A DNA stretch of 64,000 bases from Gemmatimonadota bacterium (GTDB lineage: Bacteria > Gemmatimonadota > Gemmatimonadetes > Palauibacterales > Palauibacteraceae), in NCBI GenBank assembly GCA_039589295.1, contig JBDHHR010000001.1, positions 28,058 to 92,057 of the forward strand, read 5' to 3'. This document shows positions 50,788 through 59,547 of this stretch, one piece after another (within the stretch, counting starts at the first letter, position 1; every line of letters begins with the position of its first letter). Below the pieces are notes generated by a model. The model was not told where the DNA came from, searched no databases, and worked only from the letters and a program-made list of their open reading frames with translations. The translations under genes and the position numbers were made by a program.

Positions 50788-52179
50788 ATGACCGAGGATT
50801 CCACCGCCGCAGTTGAACTAGACGAAGCGCCACCGATTCCAGATGTGGCGAGGCCCTCTCCGCCTGTCATCTTGGAGGACACGGGACTGTCGACGGGGAT
50901 GATCTCGGACCTCATCGTGAAGACCCTGTACAGCGCAGGCAGTCGCACCGGGGAAGAGCTGCGGGAGTCTGTCTGTCTGAACTTCGCGATCCTGGACGAG
51001 CAGCTGCTCACGCTCCAGCAGCGCCAGATGGTCGAGGTCAGGGGCGCCAGCGGGCAGAGCCGCGCCACCTATACCTTTGACCTCACCACGGCGGGCCGCA
51101 ACCGCGCTCGCGAAGCGTTCGAGCAGAGCGGCTACGTCGGACCCGCACCCGTTCCGCTGGACCGTTATCGGCGGTGGGTCGAGATGCAGACGGTCCGGAG
51201 CGTACACGTCACCACGGAACGGATTCGCGAGGGGTTCTCGCACTTGGTCTTCGACGAAAGCTTCCTGGATCAGCTCGGCCCGGCGATCAACTCTGGAAAG
51301 TCGCTGTTCCTGTACGGCCACTCCGGCAATGGCAAGACGACCATCGCCGAGGCGATCGCCGGAATGCTCGGAGGGGCCGTGTTCCTGCCGCACGCGGTGG
51401 AGGTGGACGGGCAGATCATAGTCCTGTACGACCCCGTGTTCCACCATCCTGTGGACGACGTGACGCCCCCGGATGAAATGACCGAAGGAACTCCTCTCTT
51501 CCGCGAGGAGCCGAAGCACGACAGACGTTACGCCTTCATACGCCGACCGGTCGTGTTCGTCGGCGGGGAGCTCGCCCTGGAGCAGCTGGAGCTGCAGTAC
51601 GACCACCACACCCGGATCTATCAGGCCCCGGCCCACGTAAAGGCCAACGGCGGCGTGTTCATCATCGACGATTTCGGCAGGCAGCTCGTCCGCCCAAGGG
51701 ACCTGCTGAACCGGTGGATGGTGCCCCTGGAGAAAAACGTCGATTTCCTCGCGTTCAGGACCGGCTACAAGGTCCCCGTACCGTTCGACGCCATGATCCT
51801 GTTCGCCACGAACCTCAACCCCCTGGAGCTTGTCGACGAGGCTTTCCTGCGGCGAATCCGATACAAGATCCTGGTCGAAAGCCCCAGTTACGAGCAGTAC
51901 GAGGAGATATTCAGGCGCTGTTGCGAGAACAACGACATCCTGTACGAGCCGGCGCGGGTCAAGTACATCTTCCAGCAGTACTACGACCGGCTGCAGATCC
52001 CTCCGAGAGGGTGCCATCCGCGGGACGTGGTGGATACGGTCTGCAACGTGGCCAAGTACATGGGCCTCCAGCCCTCGCTCTCTACCGACCTGCTGGATCG
52101 AGCATGCCGCGCGTACTTCCTGGACATGCCGGGCGGCGGCACCCTCCGGGGAGGATATCTGGTCGGAGATGACGAGTAG
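50788..52179 (+). CDS. Uncharacterised AAA+ ATPase with an N-terminal winged-helix-like region
   Basis: Walker A GHSGNGKT, Walker B FIIDDFG, sensor-I-like ATNLNP, arginine-finger-like DEAFLRRI. Confidence 0.8.
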   Translation: MTEDSTAAVELDEAPPIPDVARPSPPVILEDTGLSTGMISDLIVKTLYSAGSRTGEELRESVCLNFAILDEQLLTLQQRQMVEVRGASGQSRATYTFDLTTAGRNRAREAFEQSGYVGPAPVPLDRYRRWVEMQTVRSVHVTTERIREGFSHLVFDESFLDQLGPAINSGKSLFLYGHSGNGKTTIAEAIAGMLGGAVFLPHAVEVDGQIIVLYDPVFHHPVDDVTPPDEMTEGTPLFREEPKHDRRYAFIRRPVVFVGGELALEQLELQYDHHTRIYQAPAHVKANGGVFIIDDFGRQLVRPRDLLNRWMVPLEKNVDFLAFRTGYKVPVPFDAMILFATNLNPLELVDEAFLRRIRYKILVESPSYEQYEEIFRRCCENNDILYEPARVKYIFQQYYDRLQIPPRGCHPRDVVDTVCNVAKYMGLQPSLSTDLLDRACRAYFLDMPGGGTLRGGYLVGDDE

Positions 52180-52234
52180 CGCGAAACGGTAGACCCTTGT
52201 TGACTGGCCGGGGAAGCAGACCGACTTTTCGCCG

Positions 52235-52972
52235 GTGAGACCTGGAAAGACAACGGCGCTGGCCGCCTGTGCCACCCTGACGCTGGCCAACGGCGACTCC
52301 CCGCTCGACCGGGTTCGGCAGTGGAACCTGCCCGATTCCACTTTCCAGGAAACGCCCCCCGATGCCACCCGCCTGACGGTTGCGCGCGTCCACTACGACG
52401 GCGGTGGGGATTGGTACGCCAACCCTTCGAGTCTTCCCAACCTCCTGGAGGCCGTGGCGGAACGGACCTCCCTGCGAGTGGAGCCCCGGGCAGCGGAGGT
52501 GCGACTTACCGATCCGGACCTAGCGGACTACCCATACCTCTACCTCACCGGCCACGGTAATATCCGCTTTTCCGAGGAGGAGTTGAAGATACTGCGGGAG
52601 TACCTCAGCGGCGGGGGCTTCCTGCACGCCGACGACAACTACGGCCTCGACGCATCGTTTCGACGAGAGGTACACCGCCTCTTTCCGGGGCGTCGGCTCG
52701 AAGAGTTACCCAGGGACCATCCCGTGTACCGGATGTTCTATGAGTTGCCGCAGGGACTCCCGAAGATCCACGAGCACGACGGCCTCCCCGCCCAGGGTCT
52801 CGGCATCCTCATGGACGGCCGGCTCGTCCTGTTCTACAGCTACCAGAGTGACCTCGGCGATGGCTGGGAGGACGAGTCCGTCCATGGAGACCCGCCGCCG
52901 GTCCGTGAGCAGGCGCTGCGGATGGGGATCAACCTCTTTCTGTACGCTCTAGCCTCGGAGGCGCCGGGCTGA
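52235..52972 (+). CDS. DUF4159 domain protein
   Basis: GDWYANPSSLPNLL, YPYLYLTGHG, LREYL.GGGFL.ADDNYG, DLGDGWED, MGINL.LYA. Confidence 0.85.
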   Translation: MRPGKTTALAACATLTLANGDSPLDRVRQWNLPDSTFQETPPDATRLTVARVHYDGGGDWYANPSSLPNLLEAVAERTSLRVEPRAAEVRLTDPDLADYPYLYLTGHGNIRFSEEELKILREYLSGGGFLHADDNYGLDASFRREVHRLFPGRRLEELPRDHPVYRMFYELPQGLPKIHEHDGLPAQGLGILMDGRLVLFYSYQSDLGDGWEDESVHGDPPPVREQALRMGINLFLYALASEAPG

Positions 52973-53015
52973 GTGGCCGGCCGCCCCATTCTGTCCAGCC
53001 CCGTCACACGGCTAC

Positions 53016-53339
53016 TCAGCGAGTGAAGACTCCGTACAGCGCGAGCATCGCGAGGAGGACCGCGATCGCCACGATCAGCGGACCTGCGAAGAGAGCCCGG
53101 AACAGTTTCGAGTCGAACTTCAGGTGCATGAAGAAGCCCACCACCAGCGTGAACTTCGCCGCCGACAGGGCAAGAAGCGCCGGCACGATGACCGGCCGAA
53201 GCGCCTCGATGTAGAAGACCATCACCTCCACGGCGGTGATCACCGCCAGGACTGCGGCAACCCCTACGTAGACCCTGGTACTCGGATGCGATTCCGGGAC
53301 CGACTGAATCTCAGTGCCTCCGCTGGCGCTACTTTCCAT
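53016..53339 (-). CDS. ctaF: Cytochrome c oxidase subunit IV
   Basis: Start ATG 53339. YV.VAAVLAVITAVEV, LSAAKF.LVVGFFMHLKFD. Confidence 0.85.
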   Translation of the reverse strand: MESSASGGTEIQSVPESHPSTRVYVGVAAVLAVITAVEVMVFYIEALRPVIVPALLALSAAKFTLVVGFFMHLKFDSKLFRALFAGPLIVAIAVLLAMLALYGVFTR

Positions 53340-53381
53340 TCGCCTTCTCCAAGTACCCTTCAGGCCTCCGCCGGCCGTCAC

Positions 53382-53975
53382 TCAGACCAGAAGGTAGATC
53401 ACGGTGAACAGGACGATCCACACCACATCCACGAAGTGCCAGTACAGCCCCGCGATCTCTACCGTCTCGGCATTCGCCCTCGTCAGTCGCCCTCTGAGCG
53501 CCATGAAGAACAGGCTCAACAGCCAGACGACCCCCACCGTGACGTGCGCTCCGTGCGTTCCGGTGAGCAGGAAGAAGCTCCCACCGAACAGGTTCCGTCT
53601 GAGAGTCAGCCCCTCGTGCACGAAGTGAGAGAACTCGAAGACCTGGCCCGCGAGGAAGATGCTGCCGAACAGGGCGGTGGCCAGTAGCCACACCTTGCCC
53701 CACTTCATGTCGCCTCTCTGCACGGCCGCAAGTGCCAGCACCATCATGAGGCTGCTCATGAGCAGCACGAAGGTCGTTACCGAGATGAACGGGATGTTGA
53801 GGAGCTCCTCGGGATACGGCCCCACCACGCTCTTCCCCCTGTAAACCAGATACGTGATGAGGAGCGACCCGAACAGCATGCACTCGGACCCGATGAACGT
53901 CCACATGAGGAGCTTCCGGCTGGGAAGGCCCGTGCTGGTGTACATCTCGGCACTGGCTGCGTCGCTCTGACTCAC
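53382..53975 (-). CDS. ctaE: Cytochrome c oxidase subunit III (short form)
   Basis: Start GTG 53975 (GTGA overlap). WTFIGSE...F, TFVLLMSS, TGTHGAHV, GLYWHFVDVVW. Confidence 0.92.
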   Translation of the reverse strand: MSQSDAASAEMYTSTGLPSRKLLMWTFIGSECMLFGSLLITYLVYRGKSVVGPYPEELLNIPFISVTTFVLLMSSLMMVLALAAVQRGDMKWGKVWLLATALFGSIFLAGQVFEFSHFVHEGLTLRRNLFGGSFFLLTGTHGAHVTVGVVWLLSLFFMALRGRLTRANAETVEIAGLYWHFVDVVWIVLFTVIYLLV

Positions 53976-55864
53976 GCTTTCTCCTGTCTCGATCGGCGCC
54001 CGACCCCCCGCCGTGGGTGCGTTTGGCGTTCCAGGGGCTCGAAGGCCCATCCATAGATGCCAAACAGCACCACCGCTACTCCGAGGAAGACTACCGGGAG
54101 CGCCCTGCTCAACCCGCCGACGCCCAGCACGAGAATCCCCAGCGCCAGCACGACCGGATAGTACGACGGGCTGGGCATGTGCGGCTCGGGCAAGCGGTGC
54201 TCGTCGGTCGGCGCCGTCGACGTCACCCCCCCGTCCTCCCACAGTGGATATCGGCTGTGTACCCTCGGAAGGGTAAGGAAGTTGTAGTGCGGCGGCGGAC
54301 ATTCAGTCGACCACTCCAGAGTAGCCCCCTGCCACGGATTGCTCCCGGCTTCTGCACCTCTGCGAAGGCTGCGCACGAGGTTCCACAGGAAGATGAGGAT
54401 GGAGCCGCCGAGCAGCAGTGAACCCACGGTGGATATCATATTCATCGCCTCGAAGCCGAGCCCCGCCTCGTAGGTGAAGGTCCTCCGCGGCATCCCGTGC
54501 AGACCCAGGAGGTGCTGGGGGAAGAAGGTCAGGTTGAAAGCCACGGCCATGACCCAGAAGTGCATTTTCCCCAGGCCCTCGTGCATCAGCCGGCCCGTGA
54601 TCTTGGGGATCCAGTAGTAGATGCCTCCGAACAAGGCGAACATCACGCCGCCGAACAGGACGTAATGTATGTGAGCCACCACAAAGTAGGTGTCTGTCTG
54701 CTGCAGATCGGAGGCCGCTGACGCGTGCATGATGCCGCTCAACCCGCCGACGATGAACATCGCGATAAAGCCCACCGCGAAGAGCATTGGCGTCCGAAAG
54801 CGAAGCGAGCCACCCCACATGGTGGCGATCCAGTTGAAGATCTTCACCCCGGTGGGGATCGCGATGAGCATAGTGGCCGCCGAGAACACCGTATTGGCGA
54901 TGGGTCCCAGTCCGACCGAGAACATGTGATGCGCCCACACTCCGAAGCCGAGGAAGGCGATGAGGACGCCTGAGTACACGACGAACGGATAGCCGAAGAG
55001 CGGCTTGCGAGAGAAGACCGGGATGATCTCCGAGACCACCCCCAGCGCGGGGAGCAACAGGATGTACACCTCCGGGTGACCGAAAATCCAGAACAAGTGC
55101 TGCCACAGGAGCACGTCGCCGCCGGCCGCCGGATTGAAGAAGACGGTACCGAACATGCGGTCGAACATGAGCAGAACCAGGCCCACTGTTATGGCCGGGA
55201 AGGCGATGACCAGCAGGAAGGCGGTGACCAGCGTCATCCAGGAGAACAGAGGCAGCCGCATCATGCTCATCCCGGGGCAGCGCAGATTGAGAATGGTCAC
55301 GATGAAGTTCAGGGCGGCAGCGATAGATGACACACCCAGCATCACCAGGCCTATCACCCAGTAATCGATCCTGATCCCGGGCGAGTACTGGGCGGACGTG
55401 AGGTTGGCATACCCGAACCAGCCAGCGTCGGGAGCGCCCCCGAAGATGAAACTCGAGTTGAGGAACACGGCGCCGAAGAAGAAAACCCAGAAGCTGAACG
55501 CATTGAGCCTCGGGAAGGCTACGTCCCTGGCACCGATCTGCAGCGGAACTATGAAGTTGAAGAAGGCGGCACCCAGCGGCATGATCGCCAGAAAGACCAT
55601 CGTGGTGCCGTGCATGGTGAAGAGCTGGTTGTACAGATCGGCATCGATCAGGGTGCTCTCCGGCGAGCCCAGCTGCAACCGGATCAGCAGCGCCTCCAGA
55701 CCCCCGACGAGGAAGAAGAAGAACGCGCTGAGTCCGTACATGACGCCGATCCGCTTGTGGTCCACCGTGGTCAGCCAGCTCCCCAGCCCCCCGGCGTAAG
55801 TGCCCTGGTGGACCGCAGCCGTATGGCGAACGGAGTCCGTCGCTATCGCTCCCTCAACTGCCAT
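53972..55864 (-). CDS. ctaD: Cytochrome c oxidase subunit I (A1-type)
   Basis: TVDHKRIG, FTMHGTTM, FWIFGHPEVY, WAHHMF, VAHIHYV, GMPRR; extra C-terminal TM helices. Confidence 0.96.
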   Translation of the reverse strand: MAVEGAIATDSVRHTAAVHQGTYAGGLGSWLTTVDHKRIGVMYGLSAFFFFLVGGLEALLIRLQLGSPESTLIDADLYNQLFTMHGTTMVFLAIMPLGAAFFNFIVPLQIGARDVAFPRLNAFSFWVFFFGAVFLNSSFIFGGAPDAGWFGYANLTSAQYSPGIRIDYWVIGLVMLGVSSIAAALNFIVTILNLRCPGMSMMRLPLFSWMTLVTAFLLVIAFPAITVGLVLLMFDRMFGTVFFNPAAGGDVLLWQHLFWIFGHPEVYILLLPALGVVSEIIPVFSRKPLFGYPFVVYSGVLIAFLGFGVWAHHMFSVGLGPIANTVFSAATMLIAIPTGVKIFNWIATMWGGSLRFRTPMLFAVGFIAMFIVGGLSGIMHASAASDLQQTDTYFVVAHIHYVLFGGVMFALFGGIYYWIPKITGRLMHEGLGKMHFWVMAVAFNLTFFPQHLLGLHGMPRRTFTYEAGLGFEAMNMISTVGSLLLGGSILIFLWNLVRSLRRGAEAGSNPWQGATLEWSTECPPPHYNFLTLPRVHSRYPLWEDGGVTSTAPTDEHRLPEPHMPSPSYYPVVLALGILVLGVGGLSRALPVVFLGVAVVLFGIYGWAFEPLERQTHPRRGVGRRSRQEKA

Positions 55865-55948
55865 CTATCTTCCTTGCTCCTCGTTCGAGCTCGCCGCGCG
55901 TCCCGCTCGTGGGCCTGACCGCTGCCGCCTGCAGAGTCCTTCCCCGAC

Positions 55949-56977
55949 CTACTTCAGGCCGGCTAGATACTCTGCCAGGCTTCGGATCTGGCCCTCATCC
56001 AGCTCGGGAACCGCCATGAGGGCGCCGGGTTTGACCGCCTGCGGGTCCCGCAGCCAGCGCTCCATGTTCTCCCGTGTGTTGTCCAGCACCCCCGCAGCGA
56101 TCCTTCTCCGGCTACCCACGTGAGTAAGATCAGGACCTATCGCGCCTTGTGCCGGGGTTCCCGCGACCCGGTGACACGCGGTGCACCCTGCCGTGACAAA
56201 GAGTTCGCCCCCGGCTGCGGCCGGGCCAGACTCCGGTGCAGCCGCTTCGGCCAGCTGACCTTCGACCCACGCATCGAACTCCGAAGGCTCCTGCGCCACC
56301 AGTTGCATCTTCATCAGGGCATGCGACAGGCCGCAGAACTCGGCGCACTGTCCCAGATGAACGCCCGCGGAATCGACCTTGAACCAGAGATGAGTTTCAT
56401 GCCCGGGAAGGACGTCCCGCTTTCCACCGATGCGCGGGAACCAGAAGCTGTGGATCACATCCGCCGAGGTCAGACGCACGTCTACAGTCTCGCCGACCGG
56501 CAGATGCAGCTCGTTGGCCGTCACGACTCCCAGGTCCGGATACCTGAACTCCCACCACCACTGGTGGCCGATGACTTCCACGACCAGAGCCTCGCCACTC
56601 GGCGCACGGTCCACATCCCAGATCGTCTTGATGGTGGGAATGGCCACCAGCACCAGCACCAGAGCCGGGGCCAAGGTCCAGGCGATCTCGAGGACCGTGT
56701 TGCCGTGCCCCGCCGCCGGGGCCCGGCCGTCTCCCCGGTCCCGGAAACGAAGCACGGCCACGAGCAGCGCGCCCTCGACGATCAGGAAGACGACGACCGC
56801 CCAGAAGAAGATCCCCCGGAAGAGATCGTGGAGTCTCCAGGCGAAGTCCGAGCTTGGATCCAGGGCCGACTGCGGAAACGGTCCACCGCAGCCCACGATC
56901 AAGAGCGCGGCGACGCCGGCGAAGGGGATCACCCACCCCCCAGCACACCGCACATGTAGTCGTCTTCGCCGTCTCAC
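55949..56977 (-). CDS. ctaC: Cytochrome c oxidase subunit II with fused cytochrome c (caa3-type)
   Basis: Lipobox IVGC, QWWWEF, SADVIHSF, CuA motif CAEFCGLSH..M, C-terminal heme motif CTACH. Confidence 0.94.
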   Translation of the reverse strand: MRRRRRLHVRCAGGWVIPFAGVAALLIVGCGGPFPQSALDPSSDFAWRLHDLFRGIFFWAVVVFLIVEGALLVAVLRFRDRGDGRAPAAGHGNTVLEIAWTLAPALVLVLVAIPTIKTIWDVDRAPSGEALVVEVIGHQWWWEFRYPDLGVVTANELHLPVGETVDVRLTSADVIHSFWFPRIGGKRDVLPGHETHLWFKVDSAGVHLGQCAEFCGLSHALMKMQLVAQEPSEFDAWVEGQLAEAAAPESGPAAAGGELFVTAGCTACHRVAGTPAQGAIGPDLTHVGSRRRIAAGVLDNTRENMERWLRDPQAVKPGALMAVPELDEGQIRSLAEYLAGLK

Positions 56978-57103
56978 CCTGGTCGTTTTTTCCGCCTGAG
57001 TTGCCGGGGAATCCCGTTACCGGGCCACAGCACGGCCCACCATATGGGCGCGCCCGCTACGATCGTCAAGGGAAACGATGGCCCGGCGAGCCGCCAGACC
57101 ACT

Positions 57104-58693
57104 TCAGTGCCGGAATGTGCGTCGACCGGTGAACACCATGGCCATTCCGTGCTCGTCTGCGGCGGCCACCACCTCGGCATCCCGTTTGGATCCGCCGGGC
57201 TGGACTATGGCCGCGACGCCCGCTTCCGCAGCGGCGTCGACCCCGTCCCGAAACGGGAAGAACGCATCGGATGCCAGCACCAGACCCGAGAGATCATGTC
57301 CCGCCTCTCGCGCCTTGCGGGCCGCCAGTATCACCGCGTCCACCCGACTCGTCTGCCCTGCCCCGATTCCCACGGAAGCTCCGTCGTGACCCAGCAGAAT
57401 CGCATTGGACTTGACGGACTGCACGGCGGCCCAGGCGAAAGCCATATCTTCCCACTCCGCCTCATCCGGCTGCCGCATGGTCGCTACGGTGGTGGACTCC
57501 AGGCCCCGAAACTCGCCCGGATGCGCAGGACGTGGTGTACTCTGCACCAGGATTCCGCCTTTGATCCCACGGATGGCACAGCCGTTCGTCACGTGTCCCG
57601 CGAACTGTGCGAAGCGAGAGTCATCCGCAGGAGCGAGAATCCGCAGGTTCTTCTTCTCCTGGAGAACCCGCAGGGCTGCCGCTGCGTATCCGGGCGCCAC
57701 CAGGCACTCCACGAACAGGCCGGAGAGTACCTCCGCCACTGCTTCGGTCACCGGTTCGCTGAACACGACCGTCGATCCGAAAGCCGAAACCGGATCACAG
57801 GCAAGAGCCTTCCGGAACGCCTCCGCCGGTGATCGCCCCACGGCGATGCCGCACGGAGTAGTGTGCTTCAGAACGGCACACGCCGGCCTCTCACCCGCCA
57901 GAAACGGGGCGATGGCCACAAGCGCGCCGTCCACGTCCAGCAGGTTGTTGTAGGAAAGAGCCTTTCCATGCACCTGTCGGAGTGCGGGAATGCCCATCGG
58001 AGGTTGCGAGGCGTTCCGGTAGAACGCCGCCCGCTGATCAGGGTTCTCGCCGTAACGGAGCGGCTGGACGCGAACCAGGGAGATCAGCAGCTCCTCCGGA
58101 AGCTGCCCCTGACCGTCCTGCTCGAGGCCGAGGTACCCGGCTACCGCGGAGTCATACGTCGCCGTGTGGGCGAAAACCTTGGTCGCCAGCTCCCGCCGCA
58201 GCTCAGCCTCATCGCCGCCCCCATCGATGGCAGCCACGGCGCGTGTGTAGTCATCGGGATCGCACAGCGGCCAGACGAACGCATGGTTCTTGGCCGCCGC
58301 CCTGAGCATGGTCGGCCCGCCTATGTCGACCTGCTCCAGAGCCTCGGCGAGGGTCGTCGAGGGACGCGCGATGGTCTCACGGAAGGGATACAGGTTCACT
58401 GCGACGAGGCCGATCGGCGAGAGCTGGTGCCGTTCGAGATCCTCCACGTCGGCCTCGAGCGACGGCCTGGCGAGCAGCCCGGCGTGAACCGCCGGGTGAA
58501 GCGTCTTGACCCGGCCGCCCAGGATCTCGGGAAACCCCGTGTACTCCCCTATGCCCATAACCGGAATGCCTGCCTGTCGAAGCGTCTGGGCCGTGCCACC
58601 GGTGGAAAGAAGCTCCCAGCCCCGCGCGTCCAGGTCACGGGCGAGCTCTGCGATACCCGTCTTGTCGGATACGCTGAGCACAGCGTACGGCAT
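57104..58693 (-). CDS. purH: Bifunctional AICAR transformylase / IMP cyclohydrolase
   Basis: Start ATG 58693. [52 protein letters not shown]. Confidence 0.96.
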   Translation of the reverse strand: MPYAVLSVSDKTGIAELARDLDARGWELLSTGGTAQTLRQAGIPVMGIGEYTGFPEILGGRVKTLHPAVHAGLLARPSLEADVEDLERHQLSPIGLVAVNLYPFRETIARPSTTLAEALEQVDIGGPTMLRAAAKNHAFVWPLCDPDDYTRAVAAIDGGGDEAELRRELATKVFAHTATYDSAVAGYLGLEQDGQGQLPEELLISLVRVQPLRYGENPDQRAAFYRNASQPPMGIPALRQVHGKALSYNNLLDVDGALVAIAPFLAGERPACAVLKHTTPCGIAVGRSPAEAFRKALACDPVSAFGSTVVFSEPVTEAVAEVLSGLFVECLVAPGYAAAALRVLQEKKNLRILAPADDSRFAQFAGHVTNGCAIRGIKGGILVQSTPRPAHPGEFRGLESTTVATMRQPDEAEWEDMAFAWAAVQSVKSNAILLGHDGASVGIGAGQTSRVDAVILAARKAREAGHDLSGLVLASDAFFPFRDGVDAAAEAGVAAIVQPGGSKRDAEVVAAADEHGMAMVFTGRRTFRH

Positions 58694-58694
58694 T

Positions 58695-59366
58695 TCAGAC
58701 CTCGCTCTCCATGTTGAAGGTATTGCCTGCGAACCAGCGGTCACGCCATCGACAGTCGCCGATCGGATCGAGCTCGAACGCCCCTTCGGCGAATCCGAGG
58801 ACCACGGCCGGCAGCACCCGATGCTCGACCTCCAACACCCTGGCGGCCAGTCTTTCAGCGTCATCCCCGCTCAACACCGGCACCGGCCACTGAGCGATGA
58901 TTGCCCCGTGATCGTACTCCTCGTCCACGAAGTGAACCGTCACGCCGGTGACACGAGCGCCGCTGCGCAACACCGCCTCGTGGACGTGCCGTCCGAACAT
59001 CCCGGGTCCCCCGAACGCCGGTAGTAGAGCGGGGTGGATGTTGATCATGCGTCCGCGGTAGGCAGAGACCACCGGAACGGGGATGAGCTTCAGGAAGCCC
59101 GCCAGTACCACGAGATCCGCCTCCGCCACATCCAACTCGGCAAACAGGGCCGCCTGCAGCCCCGTGCCGGCATCCCCTGCGGGGAGAACCGCGCCTGGGA
59201 CACCGGCTACCTCGGCACGCGCCAGGGCCCCGATGCCGGCCCGGCTGGCGATGACACGGCTCACTCGCGCGGACGAGTCGGGTACTCCGTTGAACCGATC
59301 GAGCAGAGCCTGGAGATTGGTCCCCGATCCCGAGGCCAGAACGGCAATCTTCAGTACATCTTTCAA
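58695..59366 (-). CDS. purN: Phosphoribosylglycinamide formyltransferase
   Basis: TTG start. LASGSGTNLQA, VLAGFL, INIHPALLP, GVTVHFVDEEYDHG. Confidence 0.95.
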   Translation of the reverse strand: MKDVLKIAVLASGSGTNLQALLDRFNGVPDSSARVSRVIASRAGIGALARAEVAGVPGAVLPAGDAGTGLQAALFAELDVAEADLVVLAGFLKLIPVPVVSAYRGRMINIHPALLPAFGGPGMFGRHVHEAVLRSGARVTGVTVHFVDEEYDHGAIIAQWPVPVLSGDDAERLAARVLEVEHRVLPAVVLGFAEGAFELDPIGDCRWRDRWFAGNTFNMESEV

Positions 59367-59402
59367 GCCGCTTCCTCGTGGCTGCTGGCTTTATTCAGAG
59401 GC

Positions 59403-59547
59403 TCACGCACCACTCTCACGCATGGCCGATTGTCACTGGAGACGACGCCCCGTACGGGGAACCTGGGGCGGGCAGGCCCATCATACTCCGCCCGCACCGG
59501 AGCCACCAGCACCAGCATCACTCCAGTGAGTCCTGACGGGCACGTAA
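59403..59547 (-). ncRNA. Candidate structured RNA (unclassified) between selA and purN
   Basis: Nested helices by inspection, several relying on G-U pairs that exist only on the minus strand; no match to a family I recognise. Confidence 0.35.

Noticed and set aside
57033-57065. Promoter for the cta operon (TTGACG...TATGGT)
   Set aside because: The spacing is 19 nt, or the -10 is poor at 17 nt; too weak to call.
59367-59547. tRNA-Sec (selC), ZTP or PRPP riboswitch next to selA/purN
   Set aside because: No UCA anticodon loop or T-arm, and only scattered short similarities (GTCGTCTCC, AATAAAGCC, CAGGTTCC) without the conserved core order.
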